DNA of 64,000 bases from Laetmonice hystrix. Its lineage: Eukaryota. Positions 50,301 through 63,376 of the stretch are shown one piece after another; within the stretch, counting starts at the first letter, position 1; every line of letters begins with the position of its first letter. The notes beneath the pieces are model-generated. The model worked only from the letters and a program-made list of their open reading frames with translations, did not search any database and was not told the DNA's origin. The position numbers and the translations under genes are program-made. The stretch is taken from NCBI GenBank assembly GCA_965235115.1, contig OZ249436.1, positions 31,994,001 through 32,058,000 of the forward strand, read 5' to 3'.

Positions 50301-53300
50301 CTCAAAAGAGCCGGTCCATCACACTATGACCTACTTGTAATAGGAAACCCGAACCCAAAAAAATCATTGGTCTACATCCTGAATTCCAGACCTACTTTTT
50401 CCACTCAGCTATTTTTGCCGTTTTTCAATTTTCGTAACTGTAAATGCTGGTTCAATGCGAGATTTGCACTTGGGAGTAAAATATGAACTATGCAACCTCT
50501 CCCGCATCAAAGGACCCTTTTCAGGCATGTTTGTAGGCCGCTGCCACTGCCTCAAGACCCGGACGTAGCGGCGCGCCATCCGGTAGTGACAATGCGCCGG
50601 TGACTGACCGCTTCCCCTGCCCTACAGATTACACCGCCTGACAGAGGCTGGGAGACGGCGGGGGGCGGGGGATGGGGGGCGGGGGGGGGCAGGGGGCGGG
50701 GGGGGGGGGGGCTCGCCATCATTGTATCCGCACCATGCGCTGCAGCCACCGCCAGAAAAACACTGTAAATTATTGATATCACTGTTCAGTGCTGACTGCT
50801 ATTTATTTCACCAAGCCCGGACGTTTTCGTATTGGACACTATTATACTCCATCACAATCCAGTGTGACGCGGCGCTAAAATACTGCAAATGTTGCCACAG
50901 CAGGTCTCAATTCGTCTGTCAAAGTCTTCGCCAGTGTCAGTATAGTTCTTCCATATTTTATTTTCTCCCTTTTTTCTTGCATCTTACCACATCAATCTTT
51001 ACTCTATGAAACATTAATACTACCGTCTTGTGTTTATGATATATCCGCCCAGGATATGAAATAAAGGCTCCTGCTGTGAACTGAATGAGGTAATTTGTAG
51101 GTCGAAAGCGCCAATTGGCAAGAAAATAAACTGCATCCCGAACCATTTGGTCTACATTACCACAACATGACAATACGAATGGATCTGGGGCTATACTTAG
51201 AAACTAAAGTTTTAATATTTTAGCTGGCAGTCATGTTAGAAATTGGGTACGTAGAACTTTACATTCTACATCTTAATTTTTCTGTTTGTCCTATGACCAC
51301 TGATGACGTGACCAGTTTTCTCTCTTGTCTACTTATTGATGGACTCTAGGTACACCTGTTAGCTCATCAATAAAGTATACATTCTGGTAGATTTATTAGA
51401 TAATCGATTTGTAACGACATTGGCCCATGGTAGAAACACGTTACATTAAAAGTAAACGTCCAGCCCCCCCCCCCCCCAACCCCCATGTTTTTCCACATTT
51501 TGGCTTGTGATTTACGACTATCTAACAGTATTATTAATGCATGTGGATCCGTACTACTTATACCACAAAACGTTTTCCGGGGGGAAATCCTGCGATATTA
51601 CTGACGACATGAAGTGTAATCATTGGGTTTAAAACGACCCAGCATGCACCCAACTACATCTGCCTGCTCAGCCTGGCCACACACTGTGCAGGCCAGCACA
51701 ATGCAATGTGTACATTTAATTGCAAGCGTTCATAATAATACATTGTCCCCCTTCTTCACTGGTTTCCTGGTTACTGACGTCAATGAGGGAGACTATAGGA
51801 ATGCCAGAGTATTACTTCCCGGGCGCCCTCAATGAGCTTTGTGTGCCCGGGCCGCCATTGGTCCCTGCTACACTCTGCTCGGCTGGACATCTTGCCAACA
51901 GCCCGCCTTGCCTGCACTACTCAAATAAAATCTCAATATATGATTCGAATTCAATGGGGTCGATTCAAAGGACTGGCTCCAGCAATATAACGATGAGTTC
52001 ATTAACGATGTAATTTAGACGGCTTTTTGAAATCTTTTACAGAAGTGGTTTTTAAGAAACATAAAAGTATGAATATACTACAATGGGAAAGGGTTACTGC
52101 TTTTATGCTGAAATGGAATGCTAGCTGTTATGTAGCTAGGTGTTTCCATCTGGGAAAAATGGCATCTGACTATATGAGTAACAGCTGTATCTATTGATAG
52201 TTGAAGGTCTCCAATCGTAATGGATTTTTGTGTGTGTGTCATTTAACCCAACCTACTAACCCATTTTATCTTCCTATGCAACAAGATTGTCCTATTTCCT
52301 GACAGAAAAATGTGACCTCAACGACATCCGGTGCGTATGTGACCGGATATATATTTAAATTGCGACCAGTTCCGTGAAGGTGGGCTGTTTACCTTATTAA
52401 ACATGCAGAGGACCTTACCTTACAGCACAATGCTGTTAGACTAATGGCTACACATTAGCCTAAATATGGACTGTGTACGGCGCCATTCTAGAAGATCTCT
52501 TCACCTAGCTCGTCTACACTGTTCAATACTGTTAATCAATACCCAGCCCAGCCAGCTTCGGCCCTGTTCTGGCAAAGAAAACTGCATTCAGATTCACTAT
52601 CATTATCATAGGCATGCTAGATTCTTGATGCAAAGGGGAAAAACAGACTTTCACAAATATCCATCAAATGTTCTGTTAATGCTGATCAGCGCTGCCAAAT
52701 TTGTATAAATTTAATTTTTGGTTAATATTTTTTATAGTACTTGTCCTTTTTCTTGTCCCTTTTTTTATCTTTACAAGTCTTCATGCGGCGAAACACCTTC
52801 CGACAGACGGTCTCTGAGATATTACCTTAATAACTGCCAGACTGTCACATAATTAATCTTCGTTTTTAAGAACAGATGCGAACGGTTTCCAGTAATGATG
52901 TGTCTGATCAGATGGATTAGAAGATATCTACGTCATATCTAAAACATATGAGCACAGACAGTATTGCTGCATTATAAACACCTGGATGAGGAAACTTCCA
53001 GGGGTGTTATCATCAGACAGTACAGTGCGCGATTTAGGTACACATCACAGTAATTTCACAGTTGGAGGAACAGTTAGGTGCTCAGCTGGGCCTAGTCATC
53101 ACTGGCTATGTACAGCCGTTCTCGCCGAGTTTCCCCCACAGAACTAGGTCACTGCATGACCTACACCCAGTTTATTGATGATAACAGTTTGACTTTTTGC
53201 AGAGTCCCTTTGTAAGAACACAAAGACGTAAAAGTTCATGTTCATGACAATCTCTAGAAAATCCTGACCTGACCCCTCCATCTGAAAAAATCGCAACTTT

Positions 53301-53874
53301 TTTGATGTGCAAAGTCTCCTTAACTGTCTGGGAGCCAATCTTGATCAAATGTATTTATGAAGTGAAAGGCGACCCCAGCAGCTGTGTCAAGAAGAATGAA
53401 TATTTTTGGTCTCACACATCAACTTCACCATTTGAAATGATGCTCCTTTAAAATCCCCTAAATGCATTTCCAGTGCGGCATCTTATTTGCATCCTGTTCG
53501 TTTTCTTCCAAGCATTTGCTCGCACATGAAAAAAAGACGTCCTCGGGACCACCAGGCATTTCCCAGTTTCAACTCATTCTCCAGAAATGCATTTCTGCAC
53601 TGTTATTTCTACATTCTCTCAGCACTGCAACGGTGCTGCGCTGTGTGCAGACGTGCAGCTGAGTGGCGGTATAGCTCTTTTCCACGGGACTAATCACAAA
53701 ACCTCGTATTAGATAGGGCTGTGGCAATCACCCCCCAGGGCCTGAGGATCGCGCCGATCCCTATCTGATGATCTAACATTCATAGGACCTCAGGTTACTG
53801 GAAAAGTGCTGACATCAGCAAAAATGTCGGCTGGCCCCCTCAGCGAGCAATGGCCTATTTTCCCAGTGGCCTCA

Positions 53875-53897
53875 GCCGCCGCCGCCGCCGCCGCCGC

Positions 53898-53952
<55 letters not shown>
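53875..53952. repeat. (GCC)8(GCT)18 triplet repeat; CAG/CGG-type on the sense strand
   Basis: Read directly from the sequence. Confidence 0.97.
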
Positions 53953-56900
53953 ACACACGCGCACATTCTCGATCCCTGGAAGTTTACGTCACTGGGCAGA
54001 CCGTGCCACAAGCTGAAGCTGTGACGAAAGCCATTGCTTAGGTCTGGACAAACATCCACCTTAGTAGGCGCTCAATGAGCGGGTCACAGAATGGCCCCTC
54101 TAGTCTGAGGTGTGGGCGGCGAGCAGTGGAAACCACAGCCCAATCTGAATTGATCAGTAAAATCCACATATCCTTGAGTCAACCGTGCACCTCGCAGCAG
54201 GCTTATCTTGATGACACTGAGCTCAGCTTGAGGGTGGGGAGGCGGGAGTGTGTGGCGTCATTACTCGGCCTGCCTGACGTGTATGGGACTTGTACAGCTG
54301 GGGTGGAGAGCCTGGGCTCCAAGGTCACAATAGCTCCTTGTGGGAAGCCTTCCTCAGGCCCGCCTACTCTCTGATGCCAACACCATGGGTCAATCCCCCG
54401 CAGACATGGAATATCTCCTTTGACATTACAGCTGAACGGCACGCTCCCTTCTTTTATCTCAGCCTCCGGTCCTGTTGTGCGGGCTATAACTGGTGGTGGT
54501 CGGTGAAGGCATTCAACGATTCTATACGACCGTTATTTCTGCCTTCATTTCATCTTCACATCGAATTTACATCACCAGCGTTAATATATTACACTACATG
54601 TACATATGTTTAATCATAGACCTTGACGTTTTCCATATGAAACGTCAATTAAAAGGATGCGGCCCTTCTCTGTGGCCACATGACGTTACGGTTAATCCCG
54701 GGTCAAAGAAACAGGTTTAAACACCCAACGCTCACATTCCCCTTATTATACCTAATACAGCACCCGATGCAAAGAGTGAGCCAAATGAAGGCTGTGGAAG
54801 AAAGACTGTGGTTCTTTGAGACTGTTGCTAAGGTGGTGATCGAGAGTTGTGCTCGTCAAAGAGCCGACTGTTTGCCAGTGGCCAGCATGCCGATTGATGC
54901 CAGGCGGTCGCTCAATCCGACCACTGTCGTGACAGAAATAGTCCACAGGGAATACCAGGCCTTCTACATGAATAGGAACAGGATACTGGTAGCCTACATA
55001 CACCTACTGCCACCGCTGCAGGCTGATTCTTAACGCTGCCCACTCTTGCCGCAATTGGGCATGCTATACATGAGCTGAAGCCTCCAGCTTTCAACATTTT
55101 ACGTCCTGATTTATTTCTGACTCAGGCCCGTTGGAAAAGAACGGGCCATCTTTCGATAAAATCTGGGATTTTCTCTGCAAATTCCCGCCACAAAACACAA
55201 AAAGTGTTTATAATTAAATGACATCCTGCCGAGAGCACTCCCAGGTGTGTGACAGCTTTCAGTGACTCAGTGTGAACACCCACCCTACGCCCACAAAGTA
55301 CTGCCGTAATGACTTGGAAACAGTGAATCCATTTAGGTAAGGCCTGATTTGAAATTCTACAATCCATGCTGAGGTCACCTGGCTATCTATTACATCCAGG
55401 ACACATACAGGTAACCTTACTCACTCTGTGTTGACACTAGCTCCTTATTAAGGCCAAGGTGCGGCCCAGGTACCAAAGTCCAGAGTTGAACGGTGACCAA
55501 GGGCATTTAATTCGAAGAACTGGCTCCTGAAATTGTCTAGGCCTGCATCACGTTCAAAATGTACGAATGTGCACAGCTCTAGCATTTTCAATAACAATAC
55601 TAGAACACTCAACGTAATAAATTAATTCCTTGTACTCGGTCTCTCTCTATCCTCCTCCATCAAAATGTTCCTTTACAATGACAGAACAGAGTTCTTAACC
55701 CTGGACGGATCAGAGGAGCCCAGACGTTCGTTTTAGAAGCACCTAGGATGAGGAACATCTCAGAAACAGCCATTCATCATGGTTACAGCTCCACACAACC
55801 CTGTATCAAAACAGCAATACTTCACAGTCGGCATTCCAGGAACAAGTACCATACCCCTCATCCTCTCTGGCTCTTCTGGTGAATTTCACAAACACAAGAC
55901 AGTATAGTCTTATCTTGAGAATAGAGAATAAAAGTAAAGACAATGTAGTATAATAGGGCCACTTTATCAGCGTAATAGTGGAAATCAATGGACTACAGTC
56001 TATGTTACTAGTACTAGTAGTAGTATTTGGGAATCTTGAGAAGGGAAGCCATCCATTGATATCAAGTACTTTCGGAGATAGATGATAAGGACACACTAGT
56101 GGCCAGTTCATCACATGTATGTCATGTATGTACCCAGTTGGTGTGAACAAAGAACTCTATACATACATTGAAAGAATCTATTGTTTGAAGGTCAACATAT
56201 TCCAGAACTACCTCAATGTTGTCTTGAGCGGTTAGTCTCACTGCACTGTGCAGCAAGCACTGGCCTTCACGAGAACGACAAACGACTGAGTATGATTGAG
56301 AAACTGCTGGAAATAATTTATGTTAACCCATCTCCATGAGGAGGCACAGATCTATTAAACATATAGACACTTAGTTAGCAATTCTTAATCCTTCAACCAT
56401 AGAAACTGGCGATATTCTTTTAACAAATAAATTCTCCAACCTCAAATTTTTTTCTCGGTTCATAATTGCGTTCTTTGTTTTATTTATGTTCTTTTTTTTC
56501 AGGCTCATTTTGGCTGTACGAGACAAAACATAGATCCTGTGACCTATAGCCAACGTTGCAGAAATTGTAACCCTAGTATCTGTCACACAATGTACTCGGC
56601 TCTTAATATCATAATATTAATAATACATAGCTCGGGAAGTCCTGCCTAATTTAGAGCAAACTGTACCCTATTGAAACATATTTAACAATAATAGGTATAA
56701 CCTCAATCTTTCCCCTCTGGTACTGCTATATATAGCTGATAGAAAAAATCTTATAAATGTTTTATGCCGATACAAGCAATATTGAGTTATATCGACGTGC
56801 TAATTCTTCTGGGGCCATGAGACAGGCTCTATGCTGATCTCTAAAAGCATCTCGAACGCCATCCTGAACAGAGCGCTGGCTGGCACACTACCACAAGGCC

Positions 56901-57496
56901 TGCTGGCAGCAATTCTAGCTGGGGTTTTATGTGCAGCATGAATGGCCACAGCAGGTACTTTGATGTTCCAAGATTGACGTCCATATCTGCAATCATATCG
57001 ACTATCGGCAGGCAGTCCTCAGCCAGCTTGGTAACAAAGTTATCTATCCTCTGTAGACAGACCAAAGCTGTAATCTCGTCGCGTAATCCGCTCTATACTA
57101 CCCCTCCACAAGCAGACTGCACCACCGTCATTATATACACTAGAACATTTCTTTTCCCACTATTAGTTCCCAACCGTATACTACTGACACAGTTTCTGAG
57201 CGTGGGGCATGAAACGACTGTCAGTTCTATGTCAACAGACTACTGGGACATGGACAGGCCAACTGTCCTCACTGACCCAGAAACGATTTGCTCCACTAAC
57301 ATTCTACATGATTCTAGCCAATGTCTTTATAAAAACAACTATCTCTACATTGGTGCGAGTTGCATCAATACAACACTTTGACTTGTGCACACAATTTCAG
57401 TTTGCTGTTATTAGAAGATTGGGCCTGGTCTAGTAGATCAAATAAATTCACTGAAAGATGGTAAACGTTATGACTAAGACATGTATCTGCAGGGAT

Positions 57497-58062
57497 CAGG
57501 GGATGGCTGATTCGTGTTGCCCGTCAAGCCCTGTAGTTTTCGCATTACGGAAAACACGAACAGAACCGTGGAATGTGGGACTTTGGTGCAGTCTGCATGG
57601 CAAAGGAGAATTTTTCCTTTTTCTGTGCACTTTTGTGAAACTTCAATTGATTTTACTTGTTTGTGATATGTCTTGGTCGTCGGTCATGTTTGGAACCATT
57701 ACTTATATACAAGAAGTATACAAGAAAGCTGACAGCCCTTAATTAATATCAAGCAGGAACAGTAGATTGCATTAAGTTTATGCAAAATGGATTTTTTTTT
57801 ATTTCTAAACAGAATTCCCCCCAAAACAGGAGTAAAACAGAATTTAGCAGAATTTGGAATCTTTGGAAAGTATACAGAAATTGGCAAAAGATAATGCATA
57901 GACTGCGGGGCCCGACGCCCTGGGCAACTTGACAGAATGGTCAGCCTAGTCCAACAGACTAAAGACAATAGCCCGTTTGCTAACTAGTGCTCTGACCCAA
58001 CATTGACTTGTAGTCCACCTGTCCTGTGGCAAGTGATTGGTTTGAAATATCGGCCACCCCTG
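57497..58062. mobile_element. Possible decayed hAT-like non-autonomous element
   Basis: Imperfect TIRs caggggatggctgat and atcggccacccctg. No target-site duplication is recognisable. Confidence 0.4.
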
Positions 58063-58647
58063 AACTGGAATGTCATTTAACAACATTCTCGGGTGGATAA
58101 CGTTAACTTAGTTTTGCCTCACCACACACATACATGGAATGTCATTCAGTCGAATATCTGACACGGACCAGAGTGGTCCACCATTGGAAAACCGGGAAGG
58201 TTAAGTCCTGTAATAATTTCAAATTACATCCAAATGAACATCATAAATCAGAGTGCAGACACCGTTTTCTTGAGACTTGTTCTTTTAAATGTCCCATTGG
58301 GTTATCAAGGGTTTGATGTATTACACTACCGGCCTGGGCTATTTAAAACAAAACAACCCACCACTTTGTCTTCTTGAGAAGAGCAGGACATCTTGTCTTG
58401 GACTGAATAAACTTGTCATGATAAAGTGCCTTCTTTCAAGATGGCCAATAGATCTATGTCCACAAGATGTGAAAAAAGTGATCACTCACTCTTTCAAAGT
58501 TTTAGTACTTAGCCATGTATAAACCATTTTACAAAAGGTAAACCCTGGATCAACACTTTCACCCACGACCAAGAAACTGTACACTTCAAACTGAGTTCTG
58601 CCGGTTTTGTAAAAATTCTCAAGGTACTGGTCAAAGCAAGAACTTAC

Positions 58648-58707
58648 CTATATTAGGATGTTTTAACAACCTGCAAATTCGGGCCTCTCTTTCAAGCTTC
58701 TGATGAT
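58648..58707 (-). CDS. CaMKII: CaMKII coding exon 3 (60 nt): (D)HQKLEREARICRLLKHPNI(V)
   Basis: Acceptor cttgtctttccag and donor TAG|gtaagt. Translation matches CaMKII. Confidence 0.98.
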
Positions 58708-60073
58708 CTGGAAAGACAAGTTAAAAAGTAGTGTATAACTAGGCAAATGCAGCATTAAGTCTAAGTTAATAAAAGGTTAAAATAGATAAAAAAACAAAAA
58801 AACATGTACCTAAATGCTGACAGGCTCACAAATTTTTACTCGTTCGTTTTCAATTAAATGTTCAATCTGCCTCAGGTACTTCATAGATACTTCATCTCAG
58901 AATTTTTTCCCCAGAAACTCATCATTTTGCTAGCCTGAAACATTATACTAGGTTCAGACACTCATGTACTGCTTGCAAATTCTCAGCTGAAAAGCTGAAA
59001 GGAAAATTCTCAGCTGAAAAGCTGAAAGGAATTCTGAGGAACCAAAGGCTATGGGAGTGTACATCAGGTGACTTTCCTTCATATGACAGACCTTGTTTCT
59101 CTCAACCTGCTGGCGCACGACAATTGTCGGCTCAAATTATGAGGAGCGCATCATTAAGTTAATGGATTTTCAAGCATCTGAACTAATTAAATGACAGACT
59201 CCTTGAATCATAGAGTTAATATTATTAACTCTATGACTTAATAACAATCCACTTTTCTGACTATGTCTCATCTTTGCATAAGCACTAGCGATCCATCAAT
59301 CCACATATGGGTCCACAGCCATTTTACCTGCAACCTTTAAACAGGTAGCCACAAGCATGTACTGTACCATATTAAACTTTATCTCAAGATATTTAGGGCC
59401 AGAAAAATTGATTCCACTTTGATCAGCAATAGTCGGGGGTTTGTCCCAAGTGTGTATTTTTAGTCTGTATTTCTTTCAAGATATAAGGCTAAACCCAAAG
59501 CTTTATAAATGAGGCACTTTCTGACCTAGTTTAATGCTGGCCCAGTTTCACCAAGTGTTGATTTTCTCCTATGCCCTGCGCTAGTTCTCTATACTCAGGG
59601 CAATATTACATTTAATCAATGTCAAATATAAAATCAAATCGTCTTCTGTTAGAAATGTTGGGAGAAACACCGATATATTCAATAAGAACTTGTATCAGAT
59701 TACCATTTATCATTTCGCTAATGAAAAGATAAGCAAAAACATAAATTATAAAGCAAGAAATATGCTTTTGAATGGGATAGAAAGCAGAGCCTGAAGTAGT
59801 AATGCTCAATATTCTCTAGAATTCAAAACTCTGTACAGACTGCATCACCAAGTTGTTTTACACTGATAACTGCAGGTACTTATTAACCATCAATAATAAC
59901 AATTGAATATACCAGTATTGCTCCAGATGGCATGGTGACACGCCCACTAGCCCGGTGATAACGCCCAACCCAGGTGTCAAGGCCGACCTAAGTGTGACCA
60001 CTGCACTAGCATGTGATCCCCTCCAATAAACATGATTATCATTTACACAGCAAGGACAAAATCATAAGCTTAC

Positions 60074-60168
60074 CTCTGGCGGACAACTTTTTGGTGTTGA
60101 TTATTTTGGCAGCGAACTCCAAACCTGTAGACTTCTGCACGCATCGTCGGACGATAGAAAATGCACCC
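60074..60168 (-). CDS. CaMKII: CaMKII coding exon 2 (95 nt): (K)[31 protein letters not shown](D)
   Basis: Acceptor ttttttgtatttttag and donor GAG|gtaagc. Contains the Gly-rich loop and the AAK catalytic lysine. Confidence 0.98.
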
Positions 60169-60597
60169 CTAAAAATACAAAAAAATGAGGCATCACATCA
60201 GGCTCAACTCGACCGAGCGCGGCGCTAGGTGCGCGAGGCGGCGGCGGCGAGCTCGCTGCAAGCCCCAGGTACCGCAAGGCGCAGCACCTACTACAAAAAC
60301 CTCCATTTTGAAATCTTTGTCCCGGCGAATTCCAAATTGTTACTCGTGTTTAAAACCTGACAATGCTAACAATCTATATCAGGGAATGCTATGGTGGACG
60401 ACTGGTGACAGCTGTTGTATGTGGATTATGTATGAAAGATCCATCTCTGTCGGCATCACAAGATCCTGACGGTAGCCGTGTAAAATGTCGGCACCCTGAC
60501 AAGCCGACATTCAGCGTCGGATATTTCATGAAATCCGCCATCTAGGTCTTCAAAAGGCTCACGAACACAAAGAACGATATGTATTGTCCATACTTAC

Positions 60598-60662
60598 TTG
60601 CCAAGTTCTTCTTTTAAATCATACAAATCGCTAAATTTTGCAGTTGTTGTTAGAGATGCCAT
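60598..60662 (-). CDS. CaMKII: CaMKII coding exon 1 (65 nt): MASLTTTAKFSDLYDLKEELG(K)
   Basis: caaaATGG start context and donor AA|gtaagt. N-terminus typical of invertebrate CaMKII. Confidence 0.97.
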
Positions 60663-61070
60663 TTTGAAATGAAAATGTATTCCTATGTATGCAATGTTGA
60701 TTGAGGCATGAATCCCGCAGGTTCGCGCTGCGTCACGAGACCTCGGCGAGAAGGAACATGGCGGCGCCCACGTAAAGTCAAGTATTTATTTTAGGAGACT
60801 TCATCATTCGGAATTATTCGCTCCAAAAGGTAAGGTAGAATGCTAGATTAACCCAGACCACAAGAACTGCTGTGTATATTTAATTAGTTGAATATATCGA
60901 ACATGGCAGAGATCAAAAACCTCAGAAAAACGCTTTGTTGTTGTTGACAGATCTGCTCGGTTCCTCGCCGTAGCAAGCCTACCAAACAACAACACTCAGA
61001 ACACAGACACTGAGACAGAGCAAAACAGTTCTAGCATTCACTCCAGTAGTACGCTATCCTTATATTCTAA
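60663..61070 (-). promoter_or_regulatory. Putative CaMKII 5' UTR and core promoter region
   Basis: CpG-rich patch at 60715-60775 with a YY1-like aacatggcggcg and a CRE-like tgacgca. TATA-like aatataag near 61060 and Inr-like tcagt near 61010. The transcription start cannot be fixed from sequence alone. Confidence 0.5.
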
Positions 61071-61989
61071 GCACTAATAGTCGCTACATTTATGTGCTAC
61101 TTTCAGCTACAAACAAAAGATCGAACTGGAGAAGATTAGTAAGTTCCATTCAACAATTTCAGGGCGGGCAAGTTTACCTCAAATGACCTTGACCTTTTGA
61201 CAGCGGTGTTTACGCTGGTGGGGGGGTGGGGGTGGGGGGGGGGGGGGGTAACTGGTTTTGTGGTTTCCGTATCAGTGCAACCATCATAGACAGCCTGGTG
61301 TGTGGTAAAGATAAGTCTAAAGTAAATAGGTTGGAGTCTAACTTGTTCTCTATGGTCTGGATTGAATGAGGACTTTAGTTTAGGTTAGGATTAACAACTC
61401 TGTCAACTGTCTTAGGCTAAGAGTAAGACTTAGTCTTAGGAGTAGGTCAGCATTCAAATTAATCGGTTGTCCGAGACAACCTAAAATGTTGTCGGACAAC
61501 CCTACCTTTCCGGCAAGGTTGTCCGATGGACAACCTCCTTTTTTTGGTCTGGAACAGTCAGAGTGGGCCGACCACCTGCCTGATCGACTCACTCTGAGTG
61601 GGCAATGATAGGTGACATATTCCTCGCGCTCTTCAGTGTGGAGTCGCAAATTTCACACTGAAGAGCTCGAGGACGTTCCAAGCATTGTGGTACAATTCTG
61701 GACAACCAGAAATTCCTGCGGACAACCAAGGTTCCATACCTTATACCATATACCTTACTCTGCTGATACTACTCATCAGACTCAGTCAGAGTGAATTTGG
61801 CTTGGGGGCTTAGGCTAAACTAAGATCATATTATATTCCACCCTTTTGTTTTGATAACTTAGGACCGTCAACTTATAACCTAAAACTTAAATCAATCATG
61901 GGTCACATTCATCTTTTTGGTAGAAAAACAGTTTTTATAGACCAACAATATAGACCCTTTTTTGCGGGTTACTGTGAGGACCTGGATGA

Positions 61990-63376
61990 TGACGTCAATT
62001 GTGCTGACACTTGTGGCCCGTCTTACTAAGAATTTTGTCCCCAAGTAGCAACATCCCCGAATCGAGGATGTCTTGGGAACGTTCTCTCCCCTAGTGAAAA
62101 CTAGCAGGGTGCCACACCCACCCTGCTCTTTTGAAGAGCACCCAGCCTTTTTGAAGAGCACCCTCATTCCCTGCCCCTGTCAGACAGTGCCCTGCCTCTG
62201 TTAGCAGCACCTTGCCACCCGCATTGCCCCAAATTTTTCCAGGAAATGACCCAGCTGTCGTTATACACACTCCTCAAAGAAGCAGGTCAGTCATTATAAA
62301 CATATACGCACAGGTTTGCACTTAAAAGACCATTGTTTGCCTAAATGAAGGGGTACCGCTTGGCGGATAAATGCGGTTGCGTAAAAGAGTGCTCACATGA
62401 AAATGCTCCGAAATGGTAATACATAAAATAATATGTTTATTTAGCACTAATATGACTTTAGGCAGTACCCAGGGGCGAGCGGAGTTTTATCTAGATCTAT
62501 ATTGGAAGAGTAGATACTACGGCTTTGTTTCAGCAGGCCAAAGAATAATTATTGGAGAAAATGTGAGCGCCGGGAATTACCTGTTGACAGGTCACTTAGC
62601 AATGCCTATTGTTTAGACGACCATGGGGATATTGTTGCGTCGGTAGACATAATAGAAAAGCATATGGGGATATTGTGACGTCACAATGGAAGTTTTTATA
62701 AACAGATCAGGTTCTAAATATACGGTCTGGCAGGCTGCATTTTTTACCTCGTCAGACTGGCTGTCATTGTCCTCAAATATTGTTACCTAGAGCCTGTCAA
62801 ATTCCGCGATTGTTGCCAGGAACCTAGTTTCAAATCGCCAATCGACCTATGGGTAGTTTTAAAGCATTTATTCAGGAATGTGCACATTCTCACGTTTTTA
62901 GTAGTTATGTAGCTAGGCAGTTAATGCCATAAAAAAAACTTTGATTTTTTTTGTTCAAGTGTTTTGAAGCAATAATTGTTGTGACTGTAGGCCTACATAT
63001 ATACAGTTTGAAGATGTCAGAAGATTTCATGGGTATGGTTACCAAATCAGGCAACCATTACCAATATGGTATGGCTTTTCTTTTGTATAGTGCACTGTCC
63101 TGGAGTACTTGAAGTTGTTATCCTTACTTATATTTACTTGTGTACTGAAATTAAAGTTTTTTTCAAAATTGTATTTTTAAGAACTTTTTCCCCAAACGTT
63201 GTTCAGCTTTATTATTACTCATCATTAATTGCATAGATATATTTAAAATTATCTGTCTGAGCTTCAGAAGAGGCGTTAGCATACCGAATATGTCCCTTTA
63301 GCCGAGCATGTGCGTGTGCAGAAAAGCAGTGCGCGGCAATTGATACAAAATTTACGGCTACTACATTATGACGTCA
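61990..63376. promoter_or_regulatory. Three full CRE palindromes (TGACGTCA) upstream of CaMKII
   Basis: Exact matches at 61990-61997, 62676-62683 and 63369-63376. Confidence 0.45.

Larger units (their letters stand above)
1015..58647 (-). other. CaMKII: CaMKII intron 3, 57,633 nt, phase 1
   Basis: Runs from the exon 3 donor (TAG|gtaagt) to the exon 4 acceptor. HPNI|VRL is contiguous in CaMKII, so no constitutive coding exon is missing. Confidence 0.95.

Noticed and set aside
56841..57095. Protein-like minus-strand ORF (SGLRDEITALVCLQRIDNF...), vaguely Gag-like
   Set aside because: It is short, with no further retroelement motifs or LTRs. It cannot be assigned without a homology search.
1015..58647. 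Duplicated mutually exclusive copies of exon 3 or 4, nested protein-coding genes, or conserved bilaterian miRNAs in the long intron
   Set aside because: None was recognised by eye; only seed-length miRNA matches were seen. A BLAST or Infernal search could still reveal small nested features.
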